64,000 nucleotides of DNA from an uncultured Candidatus Rokubacteria bacterium (lineage in GTDB: Bacteria > Methylomirabilota > Methylomirabilia > Rokubacteriales > CSP1-6): the NCBI GenBank assembly GCA_963758635.1, contig CAVWWD010000006.1, positions 320,001 through 384,000 of the forward strand, written 5' to 3'. The position numbers and the translations under genes are program-made. Shown here piece after piece: positions 42,777-52,587 of this stretch (positions within the stretch are counted from its first letter, which is position 1; the number at the start of each line of letters is the position of its first letter). The notes under the pieces were generated by a model. It was not told the origin of the DNA. It was given only the letters and a program-made list of their open reading frames with translations, and did no database searches.

Positions 42777-44312
42777 CTATCGCACGGCGTGCGGCAGCCA
42801 GAGGGCGATCTGCGGGAAGAGCAGCAGCAAGGCGAGGACGATGACCTGGATCACCATGTAGTCGGCCATGCCCTTGAAGATGATGCTCAGGTTCCATTCC
42901 GGCACCACGTTGCGCAGGTAGTAGGCCGACATGGCGACGGGGGGCTCGAAGTAGGCCGTCTGCATGTTGACGGCGGTCAGGGCGCCGACCCAGATCAGCA
43001 GGTCCAGCTTGCTCAGGCCGAACTGGAGCTTCTCGATCACCGGCATGACGATCGGCAGGAAGACCAGGATGATCACGGGCCACTCGAACGGCCATCCCAG
43101 GATGAAGAAGATCGCCATGATGAGGGTCAGCTTCCAGAAGTCTCCCATGGGGAGCCCGAGCAGCGACTGCGTGATCACGTTCGCCGAGCCGAGCTTGGTG
43201 AAGACGGCGCCGAACACGTTGGACGCCATGGCCAGGAACACGACCATCGCCACCGTGACCATCGTGCCCATGGCCGCGTTGGTGGCCGCCTTGAGGTCGA
43301 GCCGGCCGTAGACCAGGGCGAGCAGGGTGGCGCCGAACGCGCCGCACGACGCGGCCTCGGTGGGCGTCGCGAGCCCGCCCACGATGGTCCCGAGCGTGAA
43401 CCCGATCAGCGCGGCCAGCGGCGCGATGCCCAGCACGATGGCGCGGAAGTAGGGGCTGCGGACGTAGGGATACGCCGTGGCCATCGCCGGCACGAGCGCC
43501 GCGCCCGACACGGCCAGCGGACCGACGCCGACGGCGAGCGCCGGCACGCCCAGCCGGCCGAAGGCCGCGTCCGCCACGAAATAGACCATCACCATCAAGC
43601 AGACGAGGCCCAGCCCCACCACGGGAGCGCCGACCCGTTCCGTCGTCATGGCGTCGTAGGCGGCCTTGCGCTCGTCCATGGTCATGGCGGGCCCGAGCGC
43701 CGGGTTGATGAAGCTGCGGACCAGCGTGTAGATGATGTAGCTGCCGGCGAGCAGGAAGCCGGGACCGAACGATGCCGAGTAGAGCAGGTTGACGGGCACG
43801 CCCATGACCGGGCCCATCACGACCAGCATGATGCTGGGCGGAATCAGGATGCCGAGCGTGCCGCCGGCGGCGATCGCGCCCGCCGACAGGCGCGCGTCAT
43901 AGCGGCTCTTGAGCATCATCGGGGCGGCCATGATGCCCAGCACCGTCACCGCCGCGCCGACGATGCCGGTGGCCATGGCGAAGATGGTGGCGGTCAGGAT
44001 CACCGCCAGGTAGAGAGCGCCGCGCACCGGGGCGAGCAGGCTCCGGAGCGCTCCGAACAGCCGCTCCATGAGCCCGGCCTGCTCGGTCATGAAGCCCATG
44101 AAGATGAAGAGCGGCACGGCAGGAAAGATCTCGTCCTTCATCGTGCCCCAGATCTGGAGATAGGCGAGGTTGAACGTCTGCTCCCAGCCCAGTCCGAAGC
44201 CGCCGACGATGAGGGCGAGAAACAGCAGCGTGAAGGAGATCGGGAACCCGATGAAGATGATCCCGACCATGCTGACGAGCATCACGAATCCGAGGGTCTC
44301 GGCGCCGGTCAT
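42777..44312 (-). CDS. dctM: TRAP transporter large permease
   Basis: AVPLFIFMG, GTLGILIPPS, ATPTEA. Confidence 0.9.
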   Translation of the reverse strand: MTGAETLGFVMLVSMVGIIFIGFPISFTLLFLALIVGGFGLGWEQTFNLAYLQIWGTMKDEIFPAVPLFIFMGFMTEQAGLMERLFGALRSLLAPVRGALYLAVILTATIFAMATGIVGAAVTVLGIMAAPMMLKSRYDARLSAGAIAAGGTLGILIPPSIMLVVMGPVMGVPVNLLYSASFGPGFLLAGSYIIYTLVRSFINPALGPAMTMDERKAAYDAMTTERVGAPVVGLGLVCLMVMVYFVADAAFGRLGVPALAVGVGPLAVSGAALVPAMATAYPYVRSPYFRAIVLGIAPLAALIGFTLGTIVGGLATPTEAASCGAFGATLLALVYGRLDLKAATNAAMGTMVTVAMVVFLAMASNVFGAVFTKLGSANVITQSLLGLPMGDFWKLTLIMAIFFILGWPFEWPVIILVFLPIVMPVIEKLQFGLSKLDLLIWVGALTAVNMQTAYFEPPVAMSAYYLRNVVPEWNLSIIFKGMADYMVIQVIVLALLLLFPQIALWLPHAVR

Positions 44313-44317
44313 GTCCC

Positions 44318-44917
44318 TCAGACCTCGATCTTCTCGTGCTTGACCAAGAACTCGCCGACGCGCCACGCCCAGAGGCTCTTCATGAGCTCGGAGATGGCCT
44401 GCAGGAACAGCATGAAGGCGGTCAGCGGAATGACTCCGCGCAGCGGCCACAGGATCGGCGTCCAGGCGCCGGAGCTGGAGCGCTCGTCGATCGAGAACGC
44501 GTGGAAGAAGTCGTCGATCGAGATGAAGAACAGCACCGCCATGGTCGGCAGGAAGCACAGCAGGAGGGCCAGGCTGTCGATCATGCCCTTCGTCCGGTCC
44601 GAGAACTTCTCCCACAGCATGTCGGTGCGCACGTGGGCGCCCTTGAGCAGCGCCAGCGCCGACCCCAGCATGAAGAGGGTCCCGTAGGACATGGTCGTGA
44701 CGTCGAGGGCCCAGATGGTCGGAGACTTGAGCACGTAGCGGGCGAAGACTTCGACGACATTGGCGAAGACCAGCGGAATGATCACGAGCACGAACAGGTA
44801 GCCGGTCACCTCGGTGAACTTGTCGATCGTGCGAATGACGGCCAGGTAGCCGCGGGAGGGCAGGCGCTTGGGGGCGGAGGGGCCGGTCATCGCGGTCGCA
44901 ATGCTCTTTCCGGACAC
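44318..44917 (-). CDS. dctQ: TRAP transporter small permease
   Basis: EVFARYV..PTIWA, HVRTD; four transmembrane segments. Confidence 0.88.
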   Translation of the reverse strand: MSGKSIATAMTGPSAPKRLPSRGYLAVIRTIDKFTEVTGYLFVLVIIPLVFANVVEVFARYVLKSPTIWALDVTTMSYGTLFMLGSALALLKGAHVRTDMLWEKFSDRTKGMIDSLALLLCFLPTMAVLFFISIDDFFHAFSIDERSSSGAWTPILWPLRGVIPLTAFMLFLQAISELMKSLWAWRVGEFLVKHEKIEV

Positions 44918-44987
44918 ATCAGGGGCGATCCATCGAGCCCCCGCGCGTGCCCCGCCAGGAACGGCGGTGAGGCGTGCACAGCCCTAG

Positions 44988-45065
44988 TGACCCTCGCAGA
45001 GTACGGGAACGCCACGGGCCTCTACAGTCCCGCCGCTCGGGCATTGGTCTGATGCGCGAGGCTCA
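44988..45065 (+). repeat. Repeat family A, copy 4 (flanks CTAG / CCAG)
   Basis: TGACCCTCGCA...TGCGCGAGGCTCA. Confidence 0.88.
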
Positions 45066-45144
45066 CCAGTCGGCTGCCGAAGCGTCGCGGCATTCTACGT
45101 GGGGGTCCCCCTCCTTGTCCATCCATGGCGCGCCGCCGTGCCCG

Positions 45145-46554
45145 TCACTCCAGGCGCGGACGCTGGCGCGACCAGGGGCGGGCTTCCTCGAAGGCGGCGG
45201 CGGCCTGGAGGACGGTGAGGTCGGCGAAGCGGCGACCCACGATCTGAAGGCCGACGGGCAAGCCCGCCGCGGTGAAGCCGGCGGGCACCGAGGCCGCGGG
45301 CTGGCCCGTGAAGTTGAACGGGTAGCTGAACGAGGCCCACGGGATCCAGTCCCAGACGTGCTGGGGCCAGTGCTCGGGGTTCAAGCGGCCGACGGGGAAC
45401 GCGGCGACGGAGAGCGACGGCGTGAGCAGCAGCGAGTAGGTCTCGAAGAGCGGGCGCACGGAGTCCCACAGCGCGATCTTCCTGGCCTTCATCTGGATGT
45501 AGCCCTCGAGCGTCACGCGATACCCGTCCTCGATGCAGGCCACGAGGCCGGGGTCCATGCGGTCGCGCCACTGCCCGAGGTACGGGCCGTAGTTGCCGGC
45601 CTCGTGGGCGGACCAGAGGCAGCGGATCATCTCGTGCGTGTCGGCGAAGCCGGGCTTCACCTCCTCCACGACGGCGCCCAGGTCGCCGAAGACGCGCGCG
45701 GCCCGCGCCGCGATCTCCGCCACCTCGGGGTCGACCCGCAGGCCGTCCATGTCGGGGCTCCACGCCACCCGCATGCCCGAGAGCGACGTCCGGAGGCGGC
45801 CCACGTAGTCCGCGGGCGCGCCCTCCAGCGACGTGCGGTCGCGCTCGTCCGGGCCCGCCATCACCGACAGCATCAGCGCCGCGTCCGCCACCGTCCGGGT
45901 CATGGGGCCGTTGTGGGTGGTCTGGTCGTTGTTGGACACCGGCCACTGCGGCACCCGTCCATACGACGGCTTGAGGCCGAACACGCCGCAGAACGCCGAG
46001 GGAATCCGGATGGAGCCCGCGCCGTCCGAGCCCTGGTGCAAGGGCCCGAGCCCGGCGGCGGCCGCCGCCCCCGCGCCCGCGCTCGACCCGCCGGTCGTCA
46101 TCGCCGGGTTCCACGGGTTCCGCGTGACGCCGGTCACCGGGCTGTCGCCGATCCCCTTCCAGCCGAACTCCGGCGTGGTGGTCTTGCCAAGGAAGATCCC
46201 GCCCGCGGCGGCCAGGCGCGGCACGAAGGCGGCGTCCGCGTCGGGCACCCGGTCGGCGAAGATGAGCGAGCCGCCCATCGTGCGCACCCCGCGCGTGAAC
46301 GTGAGGTCCTTGAGGGAGTACGGGATGCCGTGGATCGGCCCGAGCGGACGCCCCGCCATCACGTCGGCCTCCGCCGCGCGCGCCTGGGCCATGGCGGCCT
46401 CCGCGGTGAGCGTGCAGAAGGCGTTCACCCGCGGGTTGAGCCGCTCGATGCGCTCGAGCACCGCGCGCGTCAGCTCGACGGGCGAGAGCGACCGCGCGCG
46501 GATCATGGCGGCGAGCTCGGTGGCCGGCGTGTAGCAGAGATCGGTGGCGTCCAT
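45145..46554 (-). CDS. Amidase signature family protein
   Basis: LKD, GGSSAG, GSDGAGSIRIPS. Confidence 0.92.
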   Translation of the reverse strand: MDATDLCYTPATELAAMIRARSLSPVELTRAVLERIERLNPRVNAFCTLTAEAAMAQARAAEADVMAGRPLGPIHGIPYSLKDLTFTRGVRTMGGSLIFADRVPDADAAFVPRLAAAGGIFLGKTTTPEFGWKGIGDSPVTGVTRNPWNPAMTTGGSSAGAGAAAAAGLGPLHQGSDGAGSIRIPSAFCGVFGLKPSYGRVPQWPVSNNDQTTHNGPMTRTVADAALMLSVMAGPDERDRTSLEGAPADYVGRLRTSLSGMRVAWSPDMDGLRVDPEVAEIAARAARVFGDLGAVVEEVKPGFADTHEMIRCLWSAHEAGNYGPYLGQWRDRMDPGLVACIEDGYRVTLEGYIQMKARKIALWDSVRPLFETYSLLLTPSLSVAAFPVGRLNPEHWPQHVWDWIPWASFSYPFNFTGQPAASVPAGFTAAGLPVGLQIVGRRFADLTVLQAAAAFEEARPWSRQRPRLE

Positions 46555-46572
46555 GTCGTCCCTCCGGTCACG

Positions 46573-46661
46573 TTGTGAAGACATGCGGATCTTGACGTCG
46601 GCGAGCGGGCCAACACCGCGATTCTGCGTACACGCGGAGTGCGTCTCCCATTCATGAATCC
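46573..46661 (+). repeat. Repeat family B, copy 3 (more degenerate)
   Basis: TTGTGAAG..ATGC..GCGAGCGGGCCAACACCGCGATTCTGCGTACACGC. Confidence 0.75.
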
Positions 46662-46669
46662 GGTAGGGG

Positions 46670-47926
46670 TCAGGGGCTCGGGGCCGGAGCGGCGGGCGTC
46701 CGCACGTGCTCGGGGCGGACGCCCATGCCGACCAGCCGGCCCGGGATGCGGCGAAGGATGGCGCAGCGGCCGAGCAGACGCAACGCGCGCGGCGGCGTGA
46801 CGGGCCCGCGGCTCGCCAGCGTGCGGGAGATCACCGCGCGCTGCATGAAGAGCTGCAGGCGCTGGGTCACGCGCGTCGGCCACTCGCGGCGCCGCTGCAC
46901 GCGCTCGAGGTCCTCCGGGGCGAGCCGGCCCTCCCGGAGCGGCCCGGCCAGGAGGTTGGCCGCGGCCACCGCGTCCTGGATGGCGAGGTTGATGCCGACG
47001 CCGCCCACCGGCGACATGGCGTGCGCGGCGTCGCCGATGCAGAGGAGCCCGGGCCGGCTCCATCGCGTCAGCCGGTCCACGCGCACGGTCAGGAGCTTCA
47101 CGTCGTCCCAGCTCGCGATCTCCGCCCCGACGCGGTCGGCGGCGAACGGCGCCAGCTCGACGACGCTGTCGCGGAAGGCGTCGAGGCCGCGGCCGCGGAT
47201 CTCATCGAGCGTGCCCTTGGGGATCACGTAGCCGCACTGCCAGTGCTCGCCGCGGTTCAGGAGGACGAAGATCCGCCCCACGTCGAACCGGCCCATGCTG
47301 GCGACGGGATCGTCGGCGCGCCGCGACAGGCGGAACCACAGCACGTCCATGGGCGCGCCGAACTCCTCCACGGGCAGGCCGGCCCGCGCGCGCAGCACCG
47401 AGGACCGGCCGTCGGCGGCCACCACGAGGTCGGCGCGCACCTCGAGCTCTCCCTCCGGCGTCCGGGCTCGCACCCCGACGACGCGGCCCGACGCCTCGAC
47501 GAGGTCGGTCGCCTCCGCGCGCATGCGCAGGGAGAAGCCGGGGAACCGGCGGGCGCGCTCGGCGAGGAAGTTCAGGAAGTCCCACTGCGGCATGAACGCG
47601 ATGAACCGGGCGCGCGTGGGCAGGCGCGAGAAGTCGGCGATCGGGATCATGAGCGCTCCGACCTGCGCGACGAGCTGCGGCACCTTCTGGTGGGGCAGGG
47701 CGAGGAACTCCTCGAGCAGGCCGAGCTCGTGCATGACCTCGAGCGTGGACGGGTGGATGGTGTCCCCGCGGAAGTCCCGGAGGAAGTCCGCGTGCTTCTC
47801 CAGCACCTCCACGCGGACGCCCGCGCGCGCGAGGAGGAGCCCCAGCATCATCCCCGCGGGGCCGCCGCCAGCGATGCAGCACGCCACGCGCGCGCCGGGC
47901 TCTCGCCCCTCGACGGCGGCCGTCAC
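46670..47926 (-). CDS. FAD-dependent oxidoreductase (aromatic hydroxylase-like)
   Basis: GGGPAG, DFRGDTIHP, ADG, GDAAHAMSPVGGVGINLAIQDA. Confidence 0.88.
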   Translation of the reverse strand: MTAAVEGREPGARVACCIAGGGPAGMMLGLLLARAGVRVEVLEKHADFLRDFRGDTIHPSTLEVMHELGLLEEFLALPHQKVPQLVAQVGALMIPIADFSRLPTRARFIAFMPQWDFLNFLAERARRFPGFSLRMRAEATDLVEASGRVVGVRARTPEGELEVRADLVVAADGRSSVLRARAGLPVEEFGAPMDVLWFRLSRRADDPVASMGRFDVGRIFVLLNRGEHWQCGYVIPKGTLDEIRGRGLDAFRDSVVELAPFAADRVGAEIASWDDVKLLTVRVDRLTRWSRPGLLCIGDAAHAMSPVGGVGINLAIQDAVAAANLLAGPLREGRLAPEDLERVQRRREWPTRVTQRLQLFMQRAVISRTLASRGPVTPPRALRLLGRCAILRRIPGRLVGMGVRPEHVRTPAAPAPSP

Positions 47927-47945
47927 CGGATGCCCGCGGCCGCGG

Positions 47946-48599
47946 TCAGGCGCCGGATCCGAGGCGGCTCGCCACGTAGTCGCCGATCCGGTTGAAGTCC
48001 CGCGGCTGCAGGTTCACGAACATCAGCACCGCGTCGTCGCCGTTCATCTCCCACACCACGCTGGGGACGACGAGCGGCGGCCGCCCGGCCTCGAGGGGCA
48101 GGCGGAAGTCGAGGCGCTCGCCGGGGCCGAGCGGCAGCGACGAACGGATGCGCGCGCCGAACGCCGACAGGTCGCGGGTCTCGGCGGCGACGGGGCCCTC
48201 GCGCGGACGCCGCACCTCCACGGGGAGCGCGATGCGGAGCCGGGGCGCGCGCCGCCGCGCCTCCCCCGTTCGCAGGTGATTCGTCAGCCAGCGGGCGGCC
48301 GACTCGGGCAAGGAGGCGAACGTGAAGGCGACGCCGTCCAGCCCGGCGCGCACGACGGTGCCGTGGATGCGTAGGAGCTCGACGTGTCCGTCCACGTCGG
48401 GGAACGACAGCGTGAGCGTGCCGCCGAGGCCAGGCGTGATCGTCGCGGGCGCGCGCCCCTCGTCGGGACGCAGGCGCGCGCTCACCACCGACAGGTCGAC
48501 GATCCGGCCGTCGAGTGTGACCCCCGGCGTCTCGAAGCGGGCGGACCAGTCGGCCCGGATCCGCTCGCTGCCCCGCCGGTCCTGGCGATCCGCGCTCAT
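47946..48599 (-). CDS. Tandem PilZ-domain protein
   Basis: RRGSER..DLSVVS and RRRAPR..DLSAFG (RxxxR, DxSxxG). Confidence 0.75.
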   Translation of the reverse strand: MSADRQDRRGSERIRADWSARFETPGVTLDGRIVDLSVVSARLRPDEGRAPATITPGLGGTLTLSFPDVDGHVELLRIHGTVVRAGLDGVAFTFASLPESAARWLTNHLRTGEARRRAPRLRIALPVEVRRPREGPVAAETRDLSAFGARIRSSLPLGPGERLDFRLPLEAGRPPLVVPSVVWEMNGDDAVLMFVNLQPRDFNRIGDYVASRLGSGA

Positions 48600-48697
48600 C
48601 CCGCCTCCGTCCTCCGTGGCCCGCCCACCCTTGACCGTCTCCGCCCCGGAGCATACGATCCCCGGAAGCGAATCCGGTCGGATCGGGCCCAGGGAAG

Positions 48698-49510
48698 ATG
48701 GCGGGCCGGTCGAGGAACGCCTTGAGTCTGCCAGAACCCGCTCACCCGACGCCAGTGTCTGCCTCGACGCCTGCGGGCGGCGGCGCTCCCGCTCGCCCGG
48801 ACGCGCCGCTCCGGATCCTCCTCGCCGAGGACTCCGAGGACAACCGTCTCCTCGTCCGGTCGATCCTGCGCGATCACGTCCTGGACGAGGCCGCGGACGG
48901 CGAGAGCGCGGTGGGGAAATTCACGAGCGGGCGCTACGACATCGTCCTGATGGACGTGCAGATGCCAGTGCTCGACGGCTACGCGGCCACCGAGGCGATG
49001 CGGGCGTGGGAGCGCGCGCAGGGGCGGCCACCCACCCCGATCCTCGCCTTCACCGCTCACGCCCTGCCCGACGAGATCCAGCGGAGCTTCGACGCGGGCT
49101 GCAACGACCACCTGACGAAGCCCATCCGCCGGGCCGCGCTCCTCGCCGCGATCGATCGGCACGTGCCTGGCCGCGCCGCGTCCGCCGGCCCGCCCGCGGG
49201 CCGGGCGGTGCGCCTCATCCTGGACGAGGCGCTCCGCGACCTCGCGCCCGGGTACCTGGACAACCGGCGGCGCGATCTCGCGCCCCTGGCCGCGGCGCTC
49301 GCCTCCGGCGACTGGGAGACGCTCCGCGTGCGCGGCCACAACATGAAGGGCACGGGCGCCGGCTACGGCTTCGACGCCATCACCGCGATCGGCGCCGCCC
49401 TCGAGGCCGCGGCCCGGGACCGGGACGGCGCGCGGGCACGCGAGCAGGTGGACGCGCTCGGCCGCTTCCTGGGATCGGTCGTGCTCGAGTTCCGGCCGGG
49501 AGCGGCCTGA
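48698..49510 (+). CDS. Response regulator receiver + Hpt domain protein (start uncertain)
   Basis: LLAED, MDVQMPVLDG, KP; HNMKGTGAGYG. Confidence 0.85.
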   Translation: MAGRSRNALSLPEPAHPTPVSASTPAGGGAPARPDAPLRILLAEDSEDNRLLVRSILRDHVLDEAADGESAVGKFTSGRYDIVLMDVQMPVLDGYAATEAMRAWERAQGRPPTPILAFTAHALPDEIQRSFDAGCNDHLTKPIRRAALLAAIDRHVPGRAASAGPPAGRAVRLILDEALRDLAPGYLDNRRRDLAPLAAALASGDWETLRVRGHNMKGTGAGYGFDAITAIGAALEAAARDRDGARAREQVDALGRFLGSVVLEFRPGAA

Positions 49511-49514
49511 CCCC

Positions 49515-50828
49515 ATGCGCGTGCGCTTCTGGGGCACCCGCGGCTCGATCGCCTCGCCCGGCCCGAACACCGTGCGCTTCGGCGGCAACACCTCGTGCGT
49601 GGAGGTGACGACGAACTCCGGCGTGCGCTTCGTGCTGGACTGCGGGACCGGGGCGCGGCTGCTCGGCAACGAGCTCATGGCGCGCGCGCCCAAGCCGCTC
49701 CGGCTCACGCTCCTGCTGAGTCACACGCACTGGGACCACATCCAGGGCTTCCCGTTCTTCGCGCCCATCTTCTCGCCGGCCACCCGCATCGACATCTACG
49801 GGCCCAAGGGGACGGGCCGCTCGCTGCCCCAGGTGATGGCCGGGCAGATGGAGTACACGTACTTCCCGGTGGAGCTCGGGCAGATCCCCGCCCAGCTCAC
49901 CTACTTCGATCTCGAGGAGGGCAGCCACGGGATCGCCGACGCGCGGGTGGTCACCCAGTACCTGAACCACCCGAGCACCGCGCTCGCGTACCGCATCGAG
50001 GCCGACGGCGTCGCGCTCGTGTACGCGTGCGACCACGAGCCCTACTCGGGCACGCTCTGGCGCGGGGACTCCGCCCCCGGCTCCATCCACTCGATCCTCC
50101 ACGCGGGCGATCGCCGCCATGCCCAGCTCATGGCCGGCGCCGACCTCGTGATCCACGACGCGCAGTACACGTCCGAGGAGTACCCGACCCGGAAGAACTG
50201 GGGGCACAGCACCGTCGAGTACGTGGTGGAGCTGGCCGCGGCCGCGGGATGCCGGCGCGTGGCCCTCACCCATCACGACCCCGCCCGCGACGACACCGCC
50301 GTGGCCGCCCTCGAGCTCGCGGGCCGCGAGGTGGCCGACGCGCGCGGCTCGTCCATCGAGGTGTTCTGCGCCTACGAGGGCTGCGTGCTCGACCTCGCGC
50401 CCAGCGACACGCCCGCCGCGGCGAAGGTGAGCACGGCGACGGCCCGCCACGGCGGCTCGCGCATCCTGATCGTGGACGACGACCCGGACCTGCGCGTGCT
50501 CGCCCGGCGGGCGCTCGACAAGGACGGCCACAGCATCCGCGAGGCCGCCGACGGCCACGAGGCGCTCGCCTCCATGTCGGAGTGGAAGCCCGACCTCCTC
50601 GTTCTCGACCTGGTGATGCCCGGGATGGACGGGCTCGAGGTGCTGCGCCGGCTGCGCGCCGACGCGGACACCGTGGCGCTGCCCGTGCTGGTCCTCACCG
50701 CGCACGGCGACGAGACGAGCACCCGCATCGGCTTCGACGTGGGCGCCACCGACTACCTGACCAAGCCGTTCTCGATGCCGCAGCTCGCCGCGCGCGTGCG
50801 CGCCTGCCTCGCCCGCACCGCGGGCTGA
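49515..50828 (+). CDS. MBL-fold metallo-hydrolase fused to a C-terminal receiver domain
   Basis: WGTRGS, GGNTSC, HTHWDH, GHS, HHDP; REC domain. Confidence 0.9.
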   Translation: MRVRFWGTRGSIASPGPNTVRFGGNTSCVEVTTNSGVRFVLDCGTGARLLGNELMARAPKPLRLTLLLSHTHWDHIQGFPFFAPIFSPATRIDIYGPKGTGRSLPQVMAGQMEYTYFPVELGQIPAQLTYFDLEEGSHGIADARVVTQYLNHPSTALAYRIEADGVALVYACDHEPYSGTLWRGDSAPGSIHSILHAGDRRHAQLMAGADLVIHDAQYTSEEYPTRKNWGHSTVEYVVELAAAAGCRRVALTHHDPARDDTAVAALELAGREVADARGSSIEVFCAYEGCVLDLAPSDTPAAAKVSTATARHGGSRILIVDDDPDLRVLARRALDKDGHSIREAADGHEALASMSEWKPDLLVLDLVMPGMDGLEVLRRLRADADTVALPVLVLTAHGDETSTRIGFDVGATDYLTKPFSMPQLAARVRACLARTAG

Positions 50829-50962
50829 GACGGCGACGCGCTCCGGATGCTCGGGCCCGCCTGAGCCGCGCTCGATGCCCCGGGGCCCGGCGTTCGTCGG
50901 GACCGGAGCCTCGTGCCGTACACTGGTTGCCTGGTCGAACAGCCTGCCCAGGAGGCCATGCC

Positions 50963-51868
50963 ATGACCGTCCGCTTCGATCCCGGCGCGCCCTACGATGT
51001 GGAGGAGACCAACGTCACCTACGCGCGGCCACGAGGCCAGGACCTGCTCGCCCGCGTCTACCGGCCGCGCGGCGAGGCGACCGACCCGCTGGCCGCCATC
51101 GTCGACGTGCACGGCGGGGCGTGGGCCCGCGGGGATCACACGACCGGGGCGGTCCACTGTCGCGCCCTCGCCGCCTCGGGTCTCGTGGTGGTCTCGCTGG
51201 GCTTCCGCCAGGCCCCCGAGCATCAGTACCCCGCGGCCAACGCCGACGTGGCGGCGGGCGTCCGCTGGACCCGCGCCCACGCCGGGCGTCTCGACGTGGA
51301 CGCGCGCCGCATCGCGCTCCTCGGCAGCTCCAGCGGCGGTCAGGTGGCCCTGGCGGTGGGGCTCCGGCCCGGCTCGCCCGAGCATTCCGGCACCCCGCAG
51401 ATCCAGCCCGACGGCGCGCCGGGCCTCGCCCACGGGCAGGACACGGTGGCGTGCATCCTCGCCCTGTATCCCGTGGCCGATCCGCTGGCGCGCTACCGCT
51501 ACGCCCTCGGCCGCGAGCACGAGCCGCCCCCACCCTCGGGATTCGACGCCAAGCGTCTGATCGCCTCGCATCGCGCGTACTTCGCGGACGAGGCGGCGAT
51601 GGCCGCGGCGAGCGCCACGCGCATCGTCGCCGAGGGCCGCGCGGCGGCGATGCCGCCGGTGTGGCTCGCGCAGCCCCAGCTGGACGACAACGTGCCCGCG
51701 GAGATCACCGAGGCCTTCCTCGACACCTATCGGCGCGCGGGCGGACGCATCGAGCGCGCGTGCTTCCCGGGGGCGCGGCACGGGTTCATCCAGCAGGCCG
51801 GGCCCGACGCGGACAAGTGCATCACGCTGATGCGCGACTTCATCGGCCGCCAGCTCTTCGGCCGCTGA
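50963..51868 (+). CDS. Alpha/beta hydrolase (HSL/esterase-like)
   Basis: HGGAW, GSSSGG, D..HGF. Confidence 0.85.
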   Translation: MTVRFDPGAPYDVEETNVTYARPRGQDLLARVYRPRGEATDPLAAIVDVHGGAWARGDHTTGAVHCRALAASGLVVVSLGFRQAPEHQYPAANADVAAGVRWTRAHAGRLDVDARRIALLGSSSGGQVALAVGLRPGSPEHSGTPQIQPDGAPGLAHGQDTVACILALYPVADPLARYRYALGREHEPPPPSGFDAKRLIASHRAYFADEAAMAAASATRIVAEGRAAAMPPVWLAQPQLDDNVPAEITEAFLDTYRRAGGRIERACFPGARHGFIQQAGPDADKCITLMRDFIGRQLFGR

Positions 51869-51869
51869 G

Positions 51870-52165
51870 CCGCCGGGCGGGCAGCCCAGCGCAGGTTGAG
51901 CCGCAGCAGACGGCGCGCGTTGCCCTCGTAGATCTTCGCCTTGTCCTCGGCGCTCGCCCGCATCCGCTCCATCGCGGCGATGGTGTCGCGGATGAACCCG
52001 GGCCCGTGCTCGGGATCGAAGGGGAAGTCGGTGCCGAACAACACGTGGTCGGCGCCAAAGAAGGCGAGCCCCGACTCCATGGCGTGCCACGCCCCGAACA
52101 GCGCGGTGTCGCCGTACGCCCAGGAAGAGGACCAGCGCCACGAGCGCGGCGGCGGCGGCGATCAC
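51870..52165 (-). pseudogene. C-terminal amidohydrolase fragment joined to an unrelated hydrophobic N-terminus
   Basis: YGDTALFG..FGTDFPFD..IYEGNARRLL preceded out of frame by MIAAAAALVALVLFLG. Confidence 0.6.
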
Positions 52166-52178
52166 GGAAGCGCGGGGC

Positions 52179-52556
52179 TCAGTCGCGGACGAGGCGGTTC
52201 AGGAGCCAGCTCACCACGGACACGATGAGCGCGCCCAGCAGGGCGGCGCGGAAGCCGTGCACGCGGAAGTCGAGCTCCATGCCCTCGGCGATCCAGCTCG
52301 TCACGAGCAGCATCAGCGCGTTCAGCACGAAGATGAACAGGCCGAGGGTCAGCACGGTCAGCGGCAGGGTGAGGAAGAACAGCACGGGCCGGATGATGGC
52401 GTTGACGAGGCCGAAGATCAGCGCCACGAGGATGAGCGTGATCCACGCCCGCTGGCTCACCTGCCCGTGCGCGGCCGCCAGCTCGATGCCCGGCACGACC
52501 CACGCCGCGACGAACAGGGCGAGGGCGTTGATCAGGAGCCTCAGCAGGAGCGACAT
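52179..52556 (-). CDS. YvlD/DUF360 (4-TM phage-holin-like) membrane protein
   Basis: NAIIRP..LTLP..LTLGLF..VLNALML. Confidence 0.85.
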   Translation of the reverse strand: MSLLLRLLINALALFVAAWVVPGIELAAAHGQVSQRAWITLILVALIFGLVNAIIRPVLFFLTLPLTVLTLGLFIFVLNALMLLVTSWIAEGMELDFRVHGFRAALLGALIVSVVSWLLNRLVRD

Positions 52557-52587
52557 GGCCGATCCTCGCGCCCGCCGGGCGGGCGTG

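Noticed and set aside
52179..52556. Holin as evidence of a prophage
   Set aside because: The YvlD/DUF360 family is commonly chromosomal, and no phage genes are nearby
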